Assembly: GCA_013265495.1 (NCBI GenBank)
Contig: MU058781.1
Location: forward strand, 2,892,158 to 2,956,157
Source of the DNA: Vicugna vicugna
Taxonomy: Eukaryota
Length of the DNA: 64,000 nt
Direction: 5' to 3'
Below are positions 12,185-24,294 of this stretch, piece after piece; position 1 is the stretch's first letter, and every line of letters starts with the position of its first letter. A program made the translations under genes and the position numbers. The notes beneath the pieces are model-generated. The model ran no database searches. It was given only the letters and a program-made list of their open reading frames with translations, and had not been told where the DNA came from.

Positions 12185-12890
12185 GTTCATTCATTTCTGA
12201 ATAATTGTTCTATGCCCCAGAACAGGGTCTACCAGGGTCTTCCATGTTCTGGGGCATAGAATAAGTCAGACAAGATATGTGCTCTTACCAAAAGTATATT
12301 ATAATAGGAAAAGATTTAAAATAAACAACTAGAAAAAACAATAATAGTGTTTAAAAAAATGATAACTGCTATAAAAAATAGAAAAATGAGACAGAGAATG
12401 ACTGGTAATCAAGACAGGTCTTCTGTTTCAGCAAAGAAGTTAGGGATTGCCACCTTGAGATAGTCTTGAATGATGAGTTTAAAAGCCAATCATGCATGGA
12501 GGGTGGGAAGGGATAGACAGGATTTTAAAACTGTAGAACAGATAAACAAAATTATACTGTAAAGCACAGGAAAATATACACAAGATCTTATGGTAGCTCA
12601 CAGAGAAAAAAATGTGACAATGAATATATATATATTCATGTATAACTGAAAAGTTGTGCTCTACACTGGAATTTGACACAACATTGTAAAATGATTATAA
12701 ATCAATAAAAAATAAAATAAAAAAATAAAAGCCAGTCATGCTGAAATCTACAGTATCAGAGAGAACTTGTCAGTCAAAAGGAACAGTTAAGTGTAAAGAT
12801 CTGAAGGTAAGAGGGTGCTACATTTGATCAGTAATCATTTTGTCATCTGGAGTATATGTGAAAAACAGAGTGGTTGGAGTATTTCAGAGA
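12185..12890 (-). mobile_element. L2 fragment interrupted by a young L1 tail
   Basis: ttcattcatt L2 tail followed by purine-rich L2 body, which resumes after 12741. Confidence 0.6.
12496..12726 (+). mobile_element. Young camelid-type L1 3' end (5'-truncated, about 230 bp)
   Basis: gggtgggaagggatagac...atttgacacaacattgtaaaatgattataaatcaataaaaaa with A-rich tail; 15-bp TSD aaaagcca(a/g)tcatgc at 12481-12495 and 12727-12741. Confidence 0.9.
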
Positions 12891-13277
12891 GTTAGCTTTA
12901 GGTTACTAGTGCCCCAGTTACCTCAGAAAATCAAGTGAAAATTATCTCAGCAGAAATCCACTCCCGACACTGACCATAAAATATTTCCCCAGATCATGTT
13001 TCATAGAATATGAATTCACAGTTTAAAATGACAAATTACACAAATAAAAAAGATGCCTTGAATGAGAGCCAAAAGAAACAATGTATAATAGAATCAGATT
13101 AGCCTATATTTTCTGATACTGGAATTTTTAATAAAAATAATTAATGGGCTTAAAAAAGAAAAAAGGAGTTAAAATATGAATAAACAAATGTCTATAAATC
13201 AATCAAACTTGGGAAAGGGAAATAAATCACTTAGAAATAAAAATTATTATAACTGAAATTTAAAATTCAGTGGATGA

Positions 13278-16200
13278 CAATAAAAAAGTTGGACAAGGTT
13301 GATATTTTTAGGACATTACATCCCTCCAAACCAGAATATACATTCAAGTGCTCACTGAACATTCTCTAGGATAGACCACAGAATCAGGCACAAAGGAGGC
13401 CTCAACAAATTTAAGAGCATAGAAATTATTTCAAGCATCTTTTCTGACCACAATGCCATGAAACAAGAAAGCAACAATAGAAAAACACATGAGAAAAAAA
13501 TGACTGCGTGGAGACTAAACAATATGCTACTAAAAAACCAACAGGTCAATGATAAATCAAAGAAGAAATTGAAGAAAATACTTTGAGACAAATGACAACG
13601 AAAACACAACCACACAAAATCTATGGGATGCAGCAAAAGCAGTCCAAAGAGGGAAGTTCACAACAATACAGATCTTCCTCACAAACAAGAACAATCTCAA
13701 ATAAACAACCTAACCTACCACCTAAAAGAATTAGAAAAAGGAGAACAAACAAAATCTAAAGTCAGCAGAAGGAAGGAAATAAATCAGGGAGGAAATAAAT
13801 AAAATAGAGATTAAAAAAGCACTAGAAAAAAATCAATCAAACCAAGAGCTGATGTTTTGAAAGAGTAAACAAAATTGACAAACCTCTGACTGGGCTTACC
13901 AAGAAGAAAAGAGAGAGAATCCAAATAAACAAAATAAGAAATGAAAATGGAGAAATTATAAACAACACCACAGAAATACAAAAAAATCATAAAAGAATAC
14001 TATCAATGACTATATGGTAATAAATTGGACAATCTAGAAGAAATGGAAGTTTCAAGAAACATACAGTCCACCAAAATTGAGTCAAGAAGAAATAGATCAT
14101 TTGAACAGATCACTCACTAAAAGCGAAATAGAATCAGCAATAAAAAAAAAACCTCCCTGCAAACAAAAATCCAGGACCAGATGGCTTCACTGGGGAATTC
14201 TATTAAACATACAAAGAAGAGCTCATACCGATCCTTCTCAAACCCTTCCAAAAGATCGAAGAGGAGGGAACACTCCCCAACTTATTCTATGAAGCCACCA
14301 TCACCCTGATACCAAAAGCAGACAAAGACACTACCAAAAAAGAATACTATAGGCCAATATTGTTGATGAACATAGATGCAAAACTCCTCAACAAAATATT
14401 AGCAAACAGAATCCAAAAGCACATAAAAAAGATCACACACCATAATCAAGTTAGGTTCATCCCAGGGACATAAGAATAGTTAAACATATACAAATCAATC
14501 AACAAGAGAAAGGACAAAATCACATGATCATCTCAACAGACGAAGAAAATTATGAGATAAAATTCAAGACCCATTTATGATAAAAACTCTAACCAAAGTG
14601 GGTATAGAGGGAACATACCACAAAATAATAAAAGCTATTTATGACAATCAGCCAGCACAATACTCAACGATCAAAAGTTGAAAGACTTCCCACTAAAATC
14701 CATAACAAGACAAGAATGCCCAATCTCACCACTTATATTCAATATAGTATTGGAAGTTCTAGCCATAGCAATTAGACAAGACAAAGAAATAAAAGGGATC
14801 CAAATTGGAAGAGAAGGGGAAAATTTTTCACTATATGCTGATGATATGATACTACAAACAGGAAACCCTGAAGGCTTCACACAAAAACTACTAGAGCTGA
14901 TAAAATAATATGGCAAGGTAGCAGGATACAAGATTAACACACAGAAATCAGTTGCATTTCTTTACATTAATAATGAAGTATCAGAAAAGGAAAGTAAAGA
15001 AACAATCGCTTTTAAAATTGCATCCAAAAAAATATAATACGTAGGAATAAATCTGACCAAGGAAGTGAAGTACTTAAATGTAGAGAACTACAAAACATTG
15101 ACTAAGGAAATTAAAGATAACTTAAAGAAATGGAAAGATACCCCATGTTCTTGGATTGGAAGAAATAATATTGTTAAAATGGTCATATTACCCAAAAGCA
15201 ATCTACAGATTTAATGTGACCCCTATCAAATTACCCAGGACATTTTTCACAGAACTAGAACAAGTAATACTAGAATTTATATGGAAATACAAAAGACCCA
15301 GAATTGCCAAAGCAATACTGAAGAAAAAGAATGAAGCTGGAGGAATAACCCTCCCAGACTTCAGACAATACTACAGAGCTAGTAATCAAAATAGCATGGT
15401 GTTGGTACAAAAATAGACATATAGGTCAGTGGAACAAAATAGCCCAGAAATAAAATCACAAGCTTTTGGCCAATTAATCTTTGACAAAGGAGGCAAGAAT
15501 ACACAATGGAGTAAAGAAAGTCTCTTCAGCAAATAGTGCTGGGAAAACTGGACAGCTGCATGTAAACTCATTAAGTTAGAAGACTCCCTTACATCATACA
15601 CAAAAGTAAACTCAAAATGGCCTAAAAACTTAAACATAAAATAAGACACTATAAACCTCTCAGAAGAAAACATAGCCAAATATTATCTGACATAAATCTT
15701 AGCAGTGTTCTCCTAGGGCAGTCTACCCAGGCAATTGAAACAAAAGCAAAAATAAACAAATGGAATGGGACCTAACTTAAAAGCTTTTGCACAGCAAAGG
15801 AAACCATACATAAAACAAAAAGATAACCTACAGAATGGGAGAAAATATTTGCAAAAGATGAGACTGACAAATATTAGACAAAAGAAATACGGCATCACTA
15901 TATTAAAACCAAATGCAATAAATTTAATTTCCAGAATATTTCCAAATAGCTCATACAACTTAACAACAACAACAACAACAAACAGCACGATCCAATCCAA
16001 AAATGAGCAGAAGACCTAAACAACCAATTCTCCAGCGAAGACATACAAATGGCTGTTAGGCACATGAAAAAATGCTCAGTATTGTTAATTATCAGAGAAA
16101 TGCAAATCAAAAATGCAATAAGGTATTACCTCACAACAGTCAGAATGGCCATCATTCAAAAGTCCACAAAATATAAATGCTGAAAAGGGTGTGGAGAAAA

Positions 16201-16937
16201 GAGAACTCTCCTACATTCGTGGGAATGTAGGTTGGTGCAGCCATTATGGAAATTCCTCAAAAGACTAAAAATAGACTTACCATATGATACAGCAATCCCA
16301 CCCCTGCACATATATCCAGAGGGAACTTTAATTTGAAAACATACATGCACCCCAATGCTCACAGAAGCACTATTTACAATAGTCAAGACATAGAAACAAC
16401 CTAAATGTCTATCAACAGATGACTGGATATAGAAGTTGTGGTATATTTATACAATGGAATACTACTCAGCCATAAAAAGGAATAAAATTATGTCATTTGC
16501 AGCAACATAGATGGACCTGGAGACTATCATTCTAAGTGAAGTAAGCCAGAAAGAGAAAGAAAAACACCATATGATATCATTTATATGTGGAATCTTAAAG
16601 AAAAAACAGGCAAATGATCTTATTTACAAAACAGAAACAGACTTACAGACATAGAAAACAAACTTATGGTTACTAGGGGAAGAAGGGAGTGGGAAGGAAA
16701 AAATTGGGAGTTTGAGATTTGCAGATACTAACTACTACAATAAAAAAGATAAACAACAAGTATCTACTGTATAGCACAGGGAATTATATGCAATATCTTG
16801 TAGTAACCTATAATGAAAAAGAATATGAAAATGAATATATGTACGAATATCTATGATTAAACTATAATGCTGTACACCAGAAATTGATACAACATTGTAA
16901 ACTGAGTACACTTCAATAAAAATTTTTTTTAAAAATC
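13278..16937 (+). mobile_element. 5'-truncated L1 (about 3.7 kb: late endonuclease, RT, C-terminal domain, 3'UTR), frameshifted and inactive
   Basis: ORF-track fragments contain RT motifs ([25 protein letters not shown]) and KAIYRFN...LPDF. AATAAA near 16915. TSD tcagtggatga at 13267-13277 and 16938-16948. Confidence 0.97.
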
Positions 16938-17769
16938 TCAGTGGATGAGTTAAACAGCATATTTGACTATGCTGAGGAAAGAGTTAATGAACTTGAAAAC
17001 AGATCTGAAGAAATTATCCAGAATTTAGCATATTGAGCCAAAGAGAGAAAACACAAAAAAGAATTTAAGAGACATGGAGGAGAGTCCAATATCAGGAAAA
17101 CACAGAAAAGGAAATATTTGAATAGAGAATAACAGAATTTTTGAAAATTGTAGAAAGTAACAGATTTTAGCATCAGAAAATCCAAATCCTATGCAAGATA
17201 AATAAAAACGTCTGCAGTTATTATTTACCATATAAAACTGAAAAACACTAAAGACTAAGAAATAATCTGAAAATTTGTCTAAGAGAAAACATAATACTGA
17301 CAAATAAACAATTTGATTAATTGATGTCTCATCAATAATGATAGATGCCTAGACACCTTGAATGATATCCTCAGAATGTTATGCAAAAACAATTACTGAT
17401 TTAAAGCTGTATATCCAGAAAAACTATCTAATAATGATATGTTTAGGAAAAACTAAAATGAGAGTATTTCCATTAATATTATTTAGTGAAATAAAGTATC
17501 GAGAAAGTCTTTTAGCAGAAGTAATCATGCAGGGAAGAAAGAATGGATGAGTAAAGAAACTGGTAAAGTATATGAGCAACCTACACAAGCAGTGACTGCA
17601 TAGAATAACAGTAATAATTTCTAATTTGGTTAAAATACACAAGAGAAAACAAAAATTCAGTGCACTGGCAGTGTATAGCATACAAGAAAGGAGGGAATGT
17701 TTGGGATTATAGAGTATTGGTTTCTATAACATTAGGTAGCAGGGCAAAGGCAATGAGTAACTATATATA

Positions 17770-18087
17770 TTAAGTGTTCTTCTTTCTCAAGAACAAATAG
17801 GATATATATTATGGGGATTGGCTCACACAATTATGAAACATGAGAAACTGCTGTCTGCAAACTAGAAAACCAGAAAAGTTGGTGGTGTCGCTCAGTCCAA
17901 GTCCAAAGGCTTGGGAACCAGAGGAGCTGATGGTGTAAGTCTCAATCTGAGTGAGCTGACATCTAAGAGCAGTAGAAGACAGATGTCTCTGCTTCAGCAG
18001 AGAGAGCAAATTTACCCTTCCTCTGCTTTTTTGTTACATTTGGGCCCTCATTGGTTAGTTGATGCCTACCCACACTGGGGAGGGCCA
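17770..18087 (-). mobile_element. MLT2-type ERVL LTR fragment
   Basis: gattggctcacacaattatg...ctgtctgcaaactaga...cagtccaagtccaaaggc...gatgcctacccacactggggagggc. Confidence 0.85.
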
Positions 18088-19314
18088 AAAAGTAAAGATT
18101 ATTACACTGGATTTAAAAAGTCCAATTATGCTATTAACAAGAGTACGTATAAGTTATAATGCAGAAAACTTTAGAATAAAAGATACATATTAGCCAAAAG
18201 AAATACTGCATCACTATATTAATATAAAATCCAATAGATTTTACAAAAAGCAATACTGGAGATACATAATGATACAATGTTTTTAGTTCACCAGGAACAT
18301 GATACATGTAGCATATCACCAACATATATAATGTACAAACTGACAGAACCACATGAAGAAATATATAAATCCACCATTATGTGGAAAACATTAGCATGTC
18401 CCTTGTTTTACTTGATAAATCAAGCAGTAAGGTATGGATATTTGAATAACACACTTAACAAGTTCTTTTTTATTGAAGCATAGTTGATTTATAATATATG
18501 AGAGGGATATATAGAACACTGGGCCAAAAACATACTTTTAAATCATGCAAAAATTTTTTTAAACTTTGGTCTATAATATGCACAAATCGTGAAGCAACAA
18601 ATCTCAAAATATGGTATGATACAGACTTAATACTCTGCCCACAATACCACAAGATGAAAACTTATATAAAAATAGTATTAGTATTATTCCATATAACTGA
18701 AAATTTTAAAAATTCTACATTTGAGTCACAAAAGAAACAATTATGCATGTAAAAATTTAGAATTTTCCAATATCAAAAATAACTACATATCAAAACATGA
18801 GTGATACTGAAAAGCAATACTTAGAATCATAGAGTTTAAATCTTTATATTAGAAAATGTTAAAAGCTGAAATTTAAGCTGAAATTTAAAGTAATAAGCAT
18901 CCAACTTTAAGAAATTAAAAAAGAACAGCAGGAAGAAGTGTAGAAGACTGTAATGATAAAGCTAAATTTGAAGTTAGTAACATACTAGGCAGAGATAAAA
19001 TACAGAGAATTAACAAATCCAAAAGTTTATTCTGTGCAAATACTAATAAAATTGATAGCATCTTGTCATCTAATCAAGACCAAAAATAAACCCCACATAT
19101 TTTTTACAAAGTTATCAAAACTGACTCAAGAAAAAATTTTAAATCTTGAAATAGAAAACTAGCCACTTAAGTTACTGAATCAGTCATCTAAAATCATAAA
19201 CAAGAAAACACTAGGCACATCAGTGTAGATAATGCAAATCACTCCAGCTAATTTATAAAGAAAAGGATTTAGTGTAGAGTACTGACCTCTACAAAATCAC
19301 TACAAGGACTGGCC

Positions 19315-19505
19315 TGGGTTTGGCGAACTTTTTCTGCAAAGGACAAGACAGCATGTACTTTAGGTTATGGGGGTCATATCTAATCTCTGTTATATATTAT
19401 TCTTTGTTATTGCTTTTAATTTTTAACCACATTTTTAAAATGTGAAAACCACTTTTAGTTCACTGATTATAAAAATACAGGCCATGAATTTGGCCTACTG
19501 GCTTT
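19315..19505. mobile_element. MER58-type hAT-Charlie fragment
   Basis: ggtttggcgaactttttctgcaaaggaca...tgtgaaaaccacttttagttcac...aatttggcc. Confidence 0.7.
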
Positions 19506-19559
19506 CCTCTAGGCTGAACATTCTGTAATGATTCCCAGAAACTCAGAGGAGTTACTAAA

Positions 19560-20080
19560 GGAGTAGGTGTACCAGGAGAGAGGAAGATGTGGGGTTTAGG
19601 AAATAGGAATCCAACAGAGAAGAGAAATGAAAGATATTCCCATCAGAGAGGAGAAGAAATATCTCAAGAGGACAGTTGTGTAGCAGGCCTGCAGGAGGGC
19701 AGTCTATTCAGATTAGAGCAGGAGGAGGAAGGCTCGAAAAGAATCGACTCCGAGAAAAAGATGGAGCTGACAGGCTCGACTGATATATTTGACTACATGA
19801 AAAGGGGTTTTACTGATTTATTGGGTATGTTTGGGGATGAGTTTGTATTACCTGCATAAAAAACCAAAAGGTAAAGCAATAATTAACTCCAGGAAAAATG
19901 ATCAGGTATTCAAAAAGAGAAATGAAATCACAGTACCTTACACGGTTCAGTTACTAATAATTAGGATAGGGGTAAGGGAAGCATGTAAAAATACTAAGTC
20001 CTTATTTTCAGAGAAAAATGTCAACAAATAATGAATAACTCTGAAAATCAAGAAATTATTGTTTACATTGTTTAAAGCAT
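19560..20080 (+). mobile_element. HAL1/L1M-type fragment
   Basis: gaaataggaatccaacagagaagagaaatgaaag...gacagttgtgtagcaggcct...cagattagagcag resembles old L1-related 3' sequence (from memory). Confidence 0.55.
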
Positions 20081-21669
20081 GGTACTTAATAATTCATTTT
20101 GGGGCCCTCAAGCATATATGATTCATTTTTGGCATGTATTAAGCCTTTTTTATTCTTGGAAATATGCATTTTTAACTTTACGAAAGAGTTATTGTTCTCT
20201 TAATATTGCTATATCTGGGTGTTCAGAACGCATCCCCATCAGGAGGGCTATGTTCCAGAGGATACATATGTATGGGGCTTACCTGTCATGTGTTCTGATC
20301 ATGGATTCCTCTTCAAAACTCAAAGACTTACTATGTACATGAAAAACAACAGTAATCCAGAAATTTCTGTCTCCTCATTCACTCAGGACCTAGCCCTGTT
20401 GATACCTCCTGAAATGTCTCATAATTTGCTAAAAATATTACCTATAATTACTGAAACCTCGCAGCAGTGGAAGGCTGTCGTTTTCTTATACATATTTATG
20501 GATAATTGCTAATTCTTCACTTTACTGCATGTCTTTCAAATTAAGAGTACTTTATTTTCTATCCTCAGGAAAAGTTTTTGAGGGAAATTAAATGCCCTCA
20601 AAACCCCCGAAGAACTGATTTCTGTGCGACTGTGCTGAAATATTTGTTTCTATTTTCCTGTAACTCCAATAAATTATTTTTTCTTCTCTTTTCCCCTCCG
20701 TGTTTGTTTTTTAACATACATGTTTATAGTGGATTATAAAAGTTATGTTCATATGTAGACACATGCATTTCAACCATTATATTATCATTATATATTTATG
20801 TCTAATTATAAAAATATGTGAAACATTTATCTATTTATGTTATTTTATTTTCCCACAGGTGTTAACACCATTTGAGCTTTCCATGCTGTTGACTGTTTAC
20901 AATTTACATGCATTTATTGATTGGTTTATCACTTTCTTGTCCCAATACTTAAGAGTATCATTTGTTAAATAAACACCATGATCAAAAATACATTTTGGGA
21001 AAAAACGGATGCAAAAAAATCTAATAAATAAAATATGAATCCTAAGAAAGGGTCAAAAAGATATTTATAACATTAGTTAGGAGCTCCACTGTGTTCAGGA
21101 TATGGTATATGTTACTAAAATAACGATAATATTATTTTGAAGGTGGATGCTTGTAATATCCATCAGTGAACAGCATTCTTTCATATGTCAATTCCTTTTA
21201 GTTTATTCACTTTTATCTAGATCTGTCATGTCCTGATAATGCCTTGATGCCATGTATGACTAGTTCTAATATATCTAGAATTTCTAGCCCCATTGGAAAC
21301 CCCTCCATTCCACATTTTTATACGTTTTAATAAATGTTAACAATTTGTATCGGTTAAAGAGCTATCAAATCGAGCTGCTGGTTGAAAACTACAATCTTTC
21401 AACTCTTACTGGCTCACCAGTTCTTTGGTATATATTCTTACTGGCTGATTTCAAAAGGTATTTAGCTTGCAAGTTTGCATTTAAGCATACGATACATCCC
21501 TGTGAAGTCTGTAACACAGCAGACAAAGCCACCAAGAATCTCCCTGAGGCAGAAAAGAAATTAAATGACGTTCTTTCCCTGAGTTCTCAGCTGGAGAGAA
21601 AGAACAAAACAACCTGTTCATTGCCCTCTACAGAAATCTGGATCTAATCAAGGACAGAATATTAATCAT

Positions 21670-21960
21670 GTTTTTACAGGAAGAGCAATGCCAGGAAGCT
21701 TTTCTAGCTGAAAAAAAAAAAAAGAGAGAGAGAGAATGAAAATAAAGCAGTGCATTTCACAAATTTAAGAGTTCTGAAAATGACTCATCAAGCAATCACG
21801 TCAGGAATGCCTGGCTGTTACCGGATGTCTGGTTTGGGTGTCAGACCAGATTCTTGAGATCCAGGTGGAGGGATGCAGTCTCTCTGTCAGTCCAAACCTT
21901 AACTTAAACTTTTTGAGATCCAAGTCGATGGAGATTGGGGTGCTCGGGAACACGTGGATA
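21670..21960. promoter_or_regulatory. Candidate enhancer or promoter motif cluster
   Basis: AP-1 TGACTCA 21781-21787, CRE-like TCACGTCA 21796-21803, TEAD GGAATG 21804-21809, ETS ACCGGATGT 21820-21828 and E-box CACGTG 21951-21956, all in non-repeat DNA. Confidence 0.45.
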
Positions 21961-22952
21961 GTGCCGTTCTCTCAGCTGTTACTTGACTTGTGAAAGGAAC
22001 AGATTTGTCTCAACTCTCTCCTCAGAACAACAGAAGCAGCCCTGACTATCTTGTTGGGACTTCAACTTTGGGTAGCACATTCCTGGGAACATATACACAT
22101 GTGGGTTCAATTCAATTCATACACATCCAGGCACTTAGATGTGATGCATACTACCTTGTCTACTATCTTTTTATTTCAATTAATCGTGTACTGTCCTATG
22201 ATGCTTTATATTTAATGTGTAACACAATTTAACCTTTATATGATTTGATTTTTTCTCATTGATTCTTTTATCTACTCAAGCCAACTGTAAGCTTATGAGA
22301 GTAGGGGAATCACGTCTTTGACTCTCTGGTTAATGTCCATGGCATCTAAATTGAATTGGAATTCAAACACATTCTGAATTTCAAATGAATAAAAAATGCG
22401 TATGATATTCTTCTTATAAAGGATATCATAAGCTAAAAAAAAATCAAGATGCAGCATTTTCTACAAGTCTTATGCTGTTCTTATTGGAACCAAATGACAA
22501 AAACTTGTTGGATGAGCAATGCCATGGTTGGTCTGTCTGTGGTCTTCATAGATGTGCTGGGCACAGCGTGTTTCTTCCTGAGGGATAATCACTAATGATG
22601 CCTTCTCTGGTTCTCCCTACCCATTGGATGTCACTAGTGACTACAAAAGAAAAATTACTTTAAAATTCATCTAAAATATAAAGGCATCAATCAAAACATT
22701 GTTATTGAGAGTTTACTATGTCCATGGACTATTTTTCAGAAGTGGGGATGTATTATAAAATAAAAAACAGAAACATAACACCAAAACTAGAAATCACTGG
22801 GGTGTATTAATGACTTACAGTATGTTTACTTAGAAGTAAGCCTTAAAATTGAATTCTTTAAAGGGGGTATCTACTAATTTAAATACGCTAGGCACAAGAA
22901 TCATGACCCTAATTAATCAGGTAGTCACTACTGAGTTTAACAATACCTTAGA

Positions 22953-23270
22953 GCAATGTTTTCCAAATTGTGACCCCGGGACACCAGTTTGTGGCAAGAA
23001 GTCAACAAGTGTTCAATGAAAACAATAGTTCAATGAAAACAATGATTAAGTTTGGGAAATGGTATCCACTATATCACTCACTTGAATAATTCCTAATGCA
23101 TGTAATTACAGTAATGATTCTGAGAAGTCCTTCTGTTAAGAAATCTGCTTGACTTTAACTCAGTGTTTTCAAAAATAATTTGCCTGTAGACCATCACCCT
23201 CTTGTATCTGTAATGATTTATTAACATTTCAAAGGGCACTAGTCAGCACAATTTAGAAAAAGTTCCCTAA
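22953..23270. mobile_element. hAT-Charlie family MITE remnant
   Basis: gcaatgttttccaaattgtg start, aagtttgggaaatg interior, tttagaaaaagttcccta end. Confidence 0.5.
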
Positions 23271-23522
23271 GAAGTTTCTTCTTTAATTCAGTTCTTTTTG
23301 AGGATAATGAAAGGATTTGTTGAGAAAAATCACACTTGCTTTCTATAATGAGAAGTACATGCAATTTACTCTGAATAAGTACTTTGGTACCATGGCTAGC
23401 CTCTCCTTTCTAAGAAGCAGATAATAAGCTTATAACCAGCAGGGTAAGAGAAGAGTTTCTAATCTGTCTTCTAATCTTTATCTTTTCTCCTTCTCTCTCT
23501 TATTGACTGGCCTTGCCCACCC

Positions 23523-23633
23523 TTTTTTTTTTTTTGGATACCCTTATTTCCTTTATTGAATTATAACTGATACAAAATTTTAGTTTCAGGTGTACAACAT
23601 GATATCCTCCTGTTACAGTTAGACCTTGAAACA
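23523..23633 (-). mobile_element. Very short retro-insertion containing an L1 terminal fragment
   Basis: T13 at 23523-23535, TTTATT at 23552-23557, tttcaggtgtacaacat. TSD tgcccacccttttttt starts at 23514 and at 23634. Confidence 0.8.
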
Positions 23634-24294
23634 TGCCCACCCTTTTTTTGTGGTAGAATATTTGTTTCTTGTTTCTCATCCTGTGTTACTCAATGTGGAA
23701 AAGTTATTCATATTTCCTTTAGTTATCACACAAATGATTTGTTGCTTATTGCTGAATTTCTTGGTATTTACAATTTGTATTCCCTCTGAAAGATCAACAT
23801 TCTGTGATGTGTGAGAGAAAGTGAGAAAGAGAAAGATATTTTACTTATTCTCTTGATAATATTTTTTCCTTTATCCTCCAGAATATTCTGTGATGACTAA
23901 TGACTCATGTCTTCTTCCCTCAACTGGCTTCGTTGTCTCACCCTATAACCATGTTCAAGTCTTCTCTGTGCTAATCAGACAAACTCTTTTGGACCTCTTG
24001 GTTATAGCATTGTTCCCCATTCCATGCTCATCCACATTTCTATGAAAAGGTTACTTGTACTCATTCTGCTTGCACCTCCAATTTACTCTTCTTTCTTATG
24101 CAGTCTAGTTTATACTACATTCCTCCTCTGTCCATTCCACTAATACTGTTCTAAGAACATCAGTAACTATGTCTCTGTTATTATCTTGCTTGATCTTTCT
24201 GATTTTCAAGAAGCTTTCAATTTTTGTGGCTAGTTTTCCTCCTACTGCATCCAAAGTTGGATCAGTCTCGAATTCTCCTAATTTATAATAAAAG

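Larger units (their letters stand above)
12930..19215 (+). mobile_element. Old degenerate L1M (ORF1 and ORF2 endonuclease region), split by a younger L1 and an MLT2
   Basis: ORF1-like text aactgaaatttaaaattcagtggatga continues after 16948 as gttaaacagcatattt...gaggaaagagttaatgaacttgaa. Endonuclease-like remnants at about 18090-19200. Confidence 0.75.

Noticed and set aside
13352..16386. Many ORF-track entries, some with reverse-transcriptase motifs
   Set aside because: They are frameshifted pieces or antisense frames of one truncated L1, not a novel RT system.
23415..23443. Short + strand exon with AGG|GTAAGA donor
   Set aside because: Its only open frame ends in phase 0, which does not fit the next candidate exon. 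It could at most be untranslated.
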